Below are positions 40,221 through 51,500 of a DNA stretch of 64,000 nucleotides, piece by piece; the stretch's first letter is position 1, and each line of letters starts with the position of its first letter. The notes under the pieces were generated by a model. That model ran no database searches, was not told the origin of the DNA, and was given only the letters and a program-made list of their open reading frames with translations. The DNA comes from Escherichia phage BAU.Micro_ELP-22. Location of the stretch: sequence record OR699282.2; one strand, 5' to 3'. The position numbers and the translations under genes are program-made.

Positions 40221-42509
40221 ATGAATCTTACTCAATTGTTCAAAAAAAGCGACGAACTGGCAACATCTCTAGGTCATACATTCTTGACTATTGACCACGT
40301 AAGTGCCACAGTACTGACTATTGATAGCATCAAGAACGTATTTGAAGATATGAACATTGATGCAGACAAACTGCACAACCGCCTGATGAACTATCTTAAA
40401 AATACAACAGTTCCACATGCACCAAAAAGTGTTAAAGATGAAGACGCGAATCGCACTTCACTTCTAGTGAATCGCGTTGTACATGAGCTTTCTAAAAAAT
40501 CAGTTATTGAACAACTAAAAAGTGATGATTTTTCGATTGATGCATATTTTGTTCTATTCGAATGTCTGTCTTTCCCTAACACAGCACTAGAAGCTGCGTT
40601 AAAAGAAGAAGGTGTTAGCTGTACTGAAGCTGCACGTGCATTACAGAAACATGTTGAGTCACTTGATAAGGGTATCAACTTACAAAGTATTAATGACGAA
40701 CCGATTGGAGATAAAAAAGTGGCCCAACAGCAGCAATCATCTAAACAAAAAGGTTTGGAAGACTATACAACGAATCTAACTGCTCTTGCAAAAGAAGGCA
40801 AACTAGATCCTATGATTGGTCGCCAGAAAGAATTGTCTGCATTGATTGAGACTCTTGCTCGCAAAACCAAAAAGAATGCTATTCTCACTGGTGAAGCTGG
40901 TGTAGGTAAAACACAAATCATCGACGGGCTTGCACAAGCTATTGCTGATGGTAACGTACCTGAACACTTGAAAGACGTTGAAATTCTTTCACTAAATGTT
41001 GGTGCATTGACTGCTGGTACTAAGTATCGTGGTGAGTTTGAAGAACGCATCGACAATTTGCTAAAAGAACTAAAGAAACGTGAAAATACTATTGTTTTCA
41101 TTGATGAAATTCATATTATGGTTGGGGCTGGTTCCGCAAGTAATGGTTCTATGGACATGAGCAATATGCTTAAGCCAGCACTTTCACGTGGTGAGATTCG
41201 TGTAATTGGTGCAACAACATATGATGAATATCGTAAAAATATCGAGAAAGATAGTGCATTAACTCGTCGTTTTATGAAAATTGACGTAGTTGAGCCGACA
41301 ATTGATGAAACTCGTGCAATTGTTAATGGTTTGAAACCAACGTATGAAAAATTCCATAATGTTGAGTTCACATCTGATGCAATGGATGCTGTAATTTCTC
41401 TCAGTGATAAATTCCTGAAGAATAAGCACTTCCCAGATAAAGCAATTGATCTAATGGATGCTGCTGCGGCTAAAGTTCGTTCACGTGACAACAATAGTAA
41501 GCTTATTACTGCCAATTTGATTCAAGAAGTTGTTGCTGGTATTGCCAATTTGGATATCAACGTGGTTGCATGTACTGAAAGTGATCGTATGCGTAATCTA
41601 CCAGATGCACTACGCTCACGTGTATACGGTCAAGAGGAAGCTATTCAAAAATTAGTTGATAACGTGATGGTAGCTCGTGCAGGACTGCGTGACAAATCTA
41701 GTGTTCAGGGTGCATTTATGTTTGTTGGACCATCTGGTACTGGTAAAACAGAAATTACCAAAGCATTAGCAGACGCAACTGGTGCGGAACTCATTCGCTT
41801 TGATATGTCAGAATTTTCACAAGAACATACTGTTTCTAAACTAATTGGTTCACCTCCAGGTTATGTTGGTCATGATTCTGGTAACGGTTTACTGTTGGAT
41901 AAAATTGAGCAGTTCCCTAATGCAGTACTGTTACTTGATGAAATTGAAAAAGCAGATCGTAAAGTACTACTAACCTTCCTACAGGTTTTGGATGAAGGTC
42001 GTCTGACTGGTTCTCAAGGTAAAACTGTATATTTTAATAACGTAACTGTTATTATGACTACAAACCTTGGTGCGGCTGATTCAACAAAGCGTAGCATTGG
42101 TATGAGCGGTAGTGACACTGCACAGGACAAGGCAATTAAAGCATTCTTGCCACCAGAGTTTATTAACCGTATTGATAGTATCGTTACGTTTAAAGACCTA
42201 AGCAGTGAAGCTATTGACAGCATCATTGATAAGTTCATGGGTGGTTTGAATGAACAAGTCAAAGACCGTAATGTTAAAGTTACATTGACAAAAGCTGCAC
42301 GTGAATGGCTTGCGAAAAATGGGGTAAAAGTTGGTATGGGTGCACGTCCAATGAAACGTACCATTGAACAAAACATTCGTGTGCCACTAGCTAAAGAAAT
42401 GTTGTGTGGTTCACTTGTGAATGGTGGTAACATTACATTTGATGTTATTGATGGTAAAATCGGTATTAAGCCGAAACGTACCAAAGCTGTAGATAAAGCA
42501 CTAGTATAA
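40221..42509 (+). CDS. ClpA-like double AAA+ unfoldase
   Basis: D1 Walker A GEAGVGKT and Walker B IVFIDEIH; D2 Walker A GPSGTGKT and Walker [10 protein letters not shown]; C-terminal [13 protein letters not shown]; IGM tripeptide in the D2 loop; ORF-track start 40200 is GTG, ATG with AGGAG SD at 40221. Confidence 0.85.
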   Translation: MNLTQLFKKSDELATSLGHTFLTIDHVSATVLTIDSIKNVFEDMNIDADKLHNRLMNYLKNTTVPHAPKSVKDEDANRTSLLVNRVVHELSKKSVIEQLKSDDFSIDAYFVLFECLSFPNTALEAALKEEGVSCTEAARALQKHVESLDKGINLQSINDEPIGDKKVAQQQQSSKQKGLEDYTTNLTALAKEGKLDPMIGRQKELSALIETLARKTKKNAILTGEAGVGKTQIIDGLAQAIADGNVPEHLKDVEILSLNVGALTAGTKYRGEFEERIDNLLKELKKRENTIVFIDEIHIMVGAGSASNGSMDMSNMLKPALSRGEIRVIGATTYDEYRKNIEKDSALTRRFMKIDVVEPTIDETRAIVNGLKPTYEKFHNVEFTSDAMDAVISLSDKFLKNKHFPDKAIDLMDAAAAKVRSRDNNSKLITANLIQEVVAGIANLDINVVACTESDRMRNLPDALRSRVYGQEEAIQKLVDNVMVARAGLRDKSSVQGAFMFVGPSGTGKTEITKALADATGAELIRFDMSEFSQEHTVSKLIGSPPGYVGHDSGNGLLLDKIEQFPNAVLLLDEIEKADRKVLLTFLQVLDEGRLTGSQGKTVYFNNVTVIMTTNLGAADSTKRSIGMSGSDTAQDKAIKAFLPPEFINRIDSIVTFKDLSSEAIDSIIDKFMGGLNEQVKDRNVKVTLTKAAREWLAKNGVKVGMGARPMKRTIEQNIRVPLAKEMLCGSLVNGGNITFDVIDGKIGIKPKRTKAVDKALV

Positions 42510-42546
42510 AAAAAAGAAAAGGAGAGCATTATGCTCTCCTTTTTTA
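42508..42546. terminator. bidirectional rho-independent terminator
   Basis: A-run, GGAGAGC-attat-GCTCTCC, then TTTTTTATT between convergent genes. Confidence 0.7.
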
Positions 42547-45500
42547 TTACTTAACTAATAATATATTTTTAATATCATTACCACTAACTTGTAGACTATC
42601 AGTGTATACTGAAAGATCTATAGTGTAACTATTTTGTGTGTAACGTTTTAACATATCATAATTACCTAAATTAATTCCATTGAAAGAATATGTAGTATTA
42701 AGTTTAAAATCATGTTCTGCACTATACATTACACCACGGAGTAAATTATTTGCATTTCTAACTTCAACTTTTTCATATCCAATCGATATAATATCATTCA
42801 TGTTCGCGGCTGAACCGGATAAAACATTATTTCTAATACTATAAGGACTTATTGATTTAGGTTGAGAAACATAGGTTGTATTTTCTTCACTAATGGTTGT
42901 GATGTTAGTAACAGTACCCCCAACAACACCGATATACATACCGTCAACCATTGGGAATCCATAAACCCATATCCCTTCATTATTTCTAAACGGTTGAATA
43001 ACACTTGAATCATATTCGATAACGTTGATTTCTAAACTATCAGTCATTTTAGTTCTTGCCAATTCACTAAGAACTCCCGCACCCGTAATTGGTAAGTTAT
43101 AACCGTTATCGATAGTAATTCCATCAACATCAAATATTTCATTGGAGATTATCCAAACGTCAACGTCATCTGGTGTTATTCCGTCATTGTACTTACCACC
43201 ATTTAAAGTAGTATCGTAGAAAACATCATAATTAATTACATCAATGGTGTAATTTCTATTTTGTTCATACAATTTAATACCATTCTTGACAAATTCAGGG
43301 TCAGCAAATGTTCTAACACGAACAATGTTCAATGCTAGAGGCTGTACTGGCTCATTTTGTTGTGCAAGAGTGATGTTATCATAACGGAGAACTGCACCAG
43401 TACTCTCATCAATCAATTCAATCGTTTCCTTACCTGTATTTCTTACAGTGAATAGGATCGGAGTTGTATTGTTTTTGATGTTAGATACACGCAAGATTGT
43501 TTCCCATGTGTGATTTTGATATCTCACAAAATCTTCACCATCAGGAGTGAAAATCATCACCTTATCACCATCAGATAGGTCATTGTCAACTATTTCTGCT
43601 TCAGTTAAGCTATTAATAGATCTCACACGATAGAAATATTTTTCATCAAACTTCGATGTTGTTTTATTAATATCATTTTCAATCTTAGCATATGAAGGAA
43701 TACTTACAATTGCTTCTGTATGTTTATATGGATTGATAATTGCCATACCTTCAGTTTGATATCTGCTGTTATCACGTAATTGTACAAGAGATACATTGTC
43801 AAACCCATATCCATCAACTGTAAATCTAATTTGTCCAACATCACGCCCAGAAGGGTTTATGTCAGATATATCCACAATATAAGGATCAACTTCATCATCT
43901 TTAACTTCCCATTTTATTGAAGAAGTTTGAGATTCCAATGCTAGGTTATCAAATGCATTCATATCATTGAAGTACTTAGCTTCAGTAATACTATCAAGTA
44001 TATATTGATAATCAGAATACATTGGATTATTTTGATCTAGTGGTAAATCATCAAGATTTATTTCAGCTAGTTCAACCATTTCACCATTTGTGATAAAATA
44101 ATCTTCCATGAAATCATCAATACTTTGTTCATCAGGTATACTTTGATATACACCGTTAACATTTAAGTAAACATATTTTCGTGGAATCATTGTAATTGCA
44201 TAGATATCAATTGGGGTCTTACTAAGAATCTCTTCAGCTTTTTCGTACTTATCAGTAGCGTCTTTGTCGAATAACCCTCTCATACCTGCTAATACGTGAA
44301 TAGCATCAGTATAGAAACGGGTATCACCACCTACTTCATCATAACGATAAACATATACACCATACTCAACTTCAAGTTTAACTTTTACTTCATAGTCTGA
44401 TGCGTCAGGATTTTTATCTTTAATTAATGAAATGTATTTTTGATACAATTCACTGCTTATTTCAAAATATCCATAGTTATAATCATTACTAGAAGAAAAG
44501 CCTAATGGAAGTCTAGTACTAGGATTGTCATTATAAGTAAGTCCACTAAATCCACATCCAACTTCATCGTGAATTTTCTCATCACTTATATCTTTATAAA
44601 GTTTCAAACGGTTTGCCAATGTGTTATACTGAACATATTGTCTAAGGTCAGTAAACATATCGTTATGCGTTGATTCTTTATAAACACGTTCCAATGTAGC
44701 AGTGAATTCATCAGTTGCTTCTAAATCTTCCGCATGGTCTTTATACCACTGGTTAACGCCATATGCTGTTCCTAGTGTTACATCCAATTCTGGATAGTAG
44801 ATTTGCATTTGATAAGCAATAAGAAGATCGAAAGTTTCTTCACTATATTCTGGGAAAGAATATATATAACGTTGTAATTCATAGTTACTAACAGCATCCT
44901 TTTCATTGGATTGATATTTGTTATTAACACTTACTAATTCATTTATGCTTGCCAAATCTTCATTTGGTTTACACTGAATATTATCATAATGCATAATAAT
45001 ATCAATTTCTTGGAATCTTCTATTTGGTGTAACGAAATCACTTGGTAGTGAACCTACCTGTTCCCATTTTTGGGTAATTTCATTAAATTGAGCGTACTCA
45101 TAATCCCAAATATCTTTTTCAGTTTTGATCCAAGAACTGTCAACGAAAATATATCCATTAGGATCTAAATCATTACATAGACCTTTTATTAAATCATCAT
45201 CAGATGTCTTTTGCTCTATTTGTGAACGAATTTTAGTTCTATAAGGTTTAACTTCTTCAAAATATTCAACAATTTGATTAATCAAATTATCGTTTGAATA
45301 GTTTTGAACTAATGATTGTTCCAAACCAACAATATAGATATATGATGTTTTAAATACCCAATCCACAACACTTTGTTCAACATGTACATATTTGACCATA
45401 TCAAAAACAATTTCGCTTTGATGTAAATCGAAAGAATTTTTGAGTAAAGCTAGTGCTTTACGAACGTTGATTTCACGATTGCTTAGTGAACCATTATCAT

Positions 45501-48500
45501 TATGAACACTATAATCTGCGTAAAGCATATCATTGAGTTCAACTGTACTGTTTTCACGACCAATCGCTTTCCAATAAATTGAATCGCGTGATTGTGATTT
45601 AATATACAATGTCCAAATGTTTTCACTATCGGTAACTCTGATAATATCGCCAACTTGGTAGTTTTTAGTATTAGCATCTTCTAAGCTTGACTCTTGAGTA
45701 TAAGTCGTGTTACTATCATATCCAACATCATACCAATCAGCATATGACCAGTACTGAGTCATGTCTAATGAGGTTCCTAGTGATTCAACATAATCAGATT
45801 GTTTAATCATTTTATGTTGTCCCTCACCTTTGTTTTCTAACGTTATAGTAACAACACTACCCGCGTTTGCTGGACTATTCATTAACTGAATATATCCATT
45901 TTCGTCGAAGTGAATAAAATAAACAGCACTAGAAGTTAATGGATTTGGTAGATATCCACTAGTACTTAAAATAACAGCGTCATTTTCTTTAAATTTATCA
46001 CTTTCAACTGCAATAACTAATTCATTATTGTAAGACAACACACGGAAAGAAACTTCATTAGGGTTAACTTCAGTGGTTTTAACATTAAACACATCTTCCA
46101 TAACAACACTATTAGTGGTTATGTTTTGTGACCTATAATAATTATTAGCACTTTCTACAAAGTTTCTACGAGCTTCTATAACATTTTGGAACCAAGTTTT
46201 GTTTGATCCTAAACCGTTATCAACATCTGGATATAATAAATTAATCACAGAACCTGATTCAGTTGTTTCTTGACCAATTAGTGAGTTCCACATTGAATCC
46301 CAAATTAGTGGGTTAAAGTTATAGCTGTCACCTTCTTTACATAGTTGATACTGGTCATGTTTAACAACTTCAGTACTATCCATGTAATAAGAAACAGTTA
46401 AAATACTGGTATCATCATTCACTTTAAATTGCATATTACTAAGAATAAACGAGTTTTCATTTATTGGAGCGAACCAAGGAATGTTTAGCTGTGTTGGATC
46501 TTTAATAATACGAGCAATGTCAGTACATGATTTCGTTCTGGTATGTAGTGGTGGTACATAAATTGTATCACGTACCCAGAAATAGTATTTTGTCACATAA
46601 CTATCAGTTGAACTATCATATTCCAAAAATGTACTATAATTATCTTCAAGTGCAGTTCCACTTGGTAGATACATAGTATTATTTTTGTTTTTCTTAGCAA
46701 CATCTTTACAGTATTTGTCCCAGTTATATGGCTCAACTGGTGAACAAACCCACTCTAACACATCAATGGTACTATGTGGCAACAAACGGCCCCAGTTGTA
46801 ACGTTTGTATTCATTGGTTGCATCAATATCAACATTACCGTCTGCGTCATAAATTGCACGAGTATAATCCAAATAAAATGCAGTGCTAGTGTTCCACCAT
46901 ACTTGACCAACTTTATCAGCACCCCAAGCCTGGATTAACTCTCCATTACTATTATACTGTGCAGGATCAACTGGTGAAGTATATGTTACGTTTTGCATAG
47001 CCGCACCTGGAATAACACCATTAATTGGGTCATAAACATTTAGATATAGCTCAGTAATGTTAGTACGTTCATCATATGTCGTTGGACGATCAAATAAAGT
47101 ACTTTGTGGTGCTTTAAAACTATATTTCTTGTCAATGTAAGCTTGACGTTCATCAGTACTGGCAAAACGTGATACATAACGATACAAACGTGGACGTGTA
47201 TCTGGATCAGTAAATTCAATATCAATAGAAGTGTCAAATGGAACTACCATAACTTTAGGATCAGAACCAGCAGTATAATATTGACTTTCTACTGTTAAAG
47301 TATCTGGCATAAAGTTAGTTTCATCAACAAAATAATAATAATCACCATCTTCAAGTGGTACATTATCAGTTAAAGTTACTTTACAAAATTGTTCAGCATA
47401 CACATCGGTATTTTCAATAGGTGTTATAGAAACCATTTGCACATTAGTATCAACCAATTCAAAAATGTTCCACAAACCATTACCGTCTTTAAACATCCAC
47501 ACAGATTCAGGATTTTCACCTTTACCATTAGTATAAGTTATGCGGTCATTATATGCAGTACTGAAATCTTTTGTTGTGTACGATACTTCATCCAATGTTA
47601 CTGGACCAATATCTGGAAGTTGGATGTTTTCACTTCTTCCACTACGCATTGGGAATGAGAACTTACCATTTGGACGTGTAATCCAACGAGGATCTTTACC
47701 TTGCTCACCGAAGTATACAATATGATTACCATTACCATTTGAAGTTGCATTTACATCAAAAGAAACCATTTGAGGTTGTTGTTTAAATTGGTCATTGATT
47801 AGTTTAAATTGAAGGTTTTTCTTACCATCAATATTACCATATGTACCAATTTTAAATGCCCATTCTTGTAATGCTTTATATTCATCAGTGTCATATGATT
47901 TAGAAACACGAAGTACACGTTCTAAAACTTGGTTAGTACCTTTATCGTGAATGAATCCTTTATAGAAATCAACACGACTAACATCACTACTAATCATACG
48001 CTGTAGATAATCACGAGATTGATAACCAATCAAATGGTTTGACAACTCTTGTAATTGTACATCACTTACTGGAGTTTCACTATCATAATAATGTTGGAAA
48101 TCCGACACTAATTTTTCAAATGATGGTAGTGTTCCAGCTTCCAAGATAATAAATCCAGGAGCTTGTAGGCGACCAGTCCATGAACCAGTAATATATCCAT
48201 ACATTTTAATTAGTTCTTGAATAGAACCATATGTTGGCTGATAAATGTAATCACCAAAAATAGTTTTATCATCAAAAATAACAGCATGTTCATATGAACA
48301 CAAACTTAAACGAATCAATGCAATGCGTTTATTAGATTCTAAAGTTCTAACAGTGAAGATATTTCCAATACGAGAAGTTTCAATTTCATATTGGCGAATA
48401 CCTTGGTTATTATCATCAAGTAATGACCATACACCACCATTATTTTGCGTAATAGATTGTACTGAACCAAAGTCTGCCCCAAATTTAGCGTTTGCAGCAC

Positions 48501-51500
48501 TTGGGGTACAAGAAATAAATTCACCAGTTACTAGAGAATTCTGACTCCAGATCACGAAATCTTTAGCAATAGTGTTCCAATCTTGTTGAGCACCACTATC
48601 ATTTACATCTTCAAAAATCCAACCATGTTCTTTAAGATATTCACCATATCCACAAATAAAAGTATAAACTTCTTGGTAACTATTGAAAACTTTACCATAT
48701 TCAATTGAAGCTTCAGACTTCCATTCATTATAATGAACAACATTACGGTTTTCCAATTTAAGAGTTACTTTTCTACCATTTTTTACTGGAAGTTTATATT
48801 TAAATTTAGCACCAACTAGATCATATCCATCAATCTGATATGCACTACCATTCCAAGTAATTTTGATCGCACTCATTTGCTCATCACGGATATTATTAGA
48901 ACGAACAAGACCAATGGTTTGGTTTTCTTGTGAAATAAGACCGAAAGATTTAGCATTGAATGTTAGCTGATCTGCTTTAGTAAATCCTCCAATTTTATGA
49001 CCAACATTTATATAAGAAGAACGAACTACATCCCCATACTTGGTAGTAATATTTTTATTTTGATACATCAAATGGTCACTTACAAACATTTGATAACCAA
49101 TTGTTCTTGTGCTATTTTCACCATGAACTACTGTATTTTTATCAAAATTAATACGCTTACGTGTATCACCATAAAGGAATTGTGAACCATCAGTGAATAC
49201 TTCTTTTAAGTTATCGTTGCGGGTATCCCAGAAATAGTTAGCAAATTGTGCTGGTTTAGCTTTATACAAAAGCATCATTTGGTCATATGCAAACAATGTA
49301 GTGTTCATGTATGTAAATTCCATGTCACCCATATCACCATATGTCCAAGGTTCTGCTCTATGATTTAAAGATCCAGACACTAAACCTAAAATTTCAGGTG
49401 CAATATATTCAACCACACAAATATCAATACCAGAAGATGTTTTATTTCCAGTTTTTGTAATTTTGAATGGCTGTACACCAAATCTTTTATATTTGTCATA
49501 TTGACCACGACGATCACCAAATAAAATAGTTCCAGTACTGCTATCGCCAATAGTTCCGTCAATATCCCAAAGACCACTAGGAACTAAATCACCTTGCTCA
49601 TTCATAACAAGTGCTTCATATACATATACAACATCACTATCACGTTCACCAACTTGAACAGCCGTTGGTTCGTATTCTTGGTTCCACCAAGTTGGACGTT
49701 GTGTAAAGCCAAACATTTCCCACGGATGGGTAGCTGGGCGATATGTACCATATTGGTCAGTGTAAATGGCACGCCATGAACCACGTGCAGGAATTTCAGT
49801 ACTTTGACCATTAACTACATAATAAGTGCCAGTATAGTTCCAAGTTCTCCAATTGTTAGGATCATAATCATGTGTACTATTACTGATACCATTAGTTGCG
49901 GTGAAGTTAATGTATCCACGTAGTAATAATGTTTGTTTCTCTTCAGCACTATATTCAGTTTTAGTGAAATATGGTGTAGGGAAAAGGTCATCACTATTCA
50001 ATACTGGTACGTAATCAACATCTTTGAATTTATTATCAATACTATTAAAAATTCTATTTTCTAATTCATATACAACATCATCCATTTTATCAACACCATT
50101 GATAACACGGTATGCTTTGGAAATAATACCAGTATGACTGATGTTATAACAGCTTGGTTTACTACCAGCAGTGAGGAATGTCGCTTTTTCTGGTACATAT
50201 GCTTGAAGAATACCTAAGAACTGTGGTGTTGGTGGTATAAATGCACGAATGAATCCAGAAGTACTTCCAACATTATCATAATAGAATGGGAATGAACTAT
50301 CACGTCCCATATTAATAGTAGTTAAAATTGCATCAACAATGTTTGCAGCACTATTTTGTAAAAAGTCTGATGGATTTTCATCATACATACGAAGCATTTG
50401 TGTATTAAATTTATTAATGAATCTAAAATATTCAGATTGCATAAACATAGTTGCTTCAAACAAATCAATATCTTCATTTGCAGTATGTGCCATCAATGGA
50501 AGCATAGATGCTTCATTTTGGATAATTTTAGTACCTACGCCATTATTAACCAATCCTTTAGCCAAACGTTCTTCATAGTCATTGAAATCATCAGAAGAAC
50601 CACGTGTAATGTTCTTTTGAATAATATCCTGAAAATGTAAAGTGTAGTCACCTTGGTTAATGTATATAATATTAGAATTATATGGGTTATTTTGTAGGTT
50701 GATTGGAACTTCATATGCACCTAATTCTTTATTAGGAGTTACAGTACTGCTATAAGTTCTAATTTGAATAACAGAATCTTCATCCAATTCTACAGTACTA
50801 TCTAGAGTGATGCTTTGTACTTGACCTTTTGAAACATTTTTGGTATATTTGGACACATCAACACCATCAACCACAACTTCAATAATATCAGAATCATTAT
50901 CTAAAACTTTTTGTGCCAATTCGAATGTATGGTCATATTTTACAATCTGAACACCATCACCAGTAATTGGATGCCAATCTAGATAAGTTTCACGGTCAGC
51001 TTTATAGTACTGATATGTTCTATCAACTTCAATAACATATGCATACATACCATCAACTGGTTCTTTAAAAACTTCCATATCATAAACAGTACTGAATACA
51101 CGATACATATCAGTACGTTGGACTTGTGGAGTTTGTTTTACAAATTGTTTAGAGTACTCTTCTGAACGAACCCAATCGGTTTGAAGATTCATTTCATTAT
51201 TTTCATCAATAATGTTATAATAGTATAAACCATCAATTTCAACTTCTTTTCCAAGATGGTCATAGGTATAACGTTGGGATTGTAAAAAGTTTTCATAAAT
51301 GTAATAATTATAATCACCAAGTTCAATGTTATATCCATATACACTATCAGTTGCATAGTTGTAATTTATTTTAAAACCAAACAACTCTGAACCTTTAAAG
51401 TTACTTGATGGATATGTAGTACTGTTGTCAAGTTTGATACCATTACGATCATAAAGTTGGAATTTAGGGAATACGTTAACACTAGTTTTTGATTGTGCAC

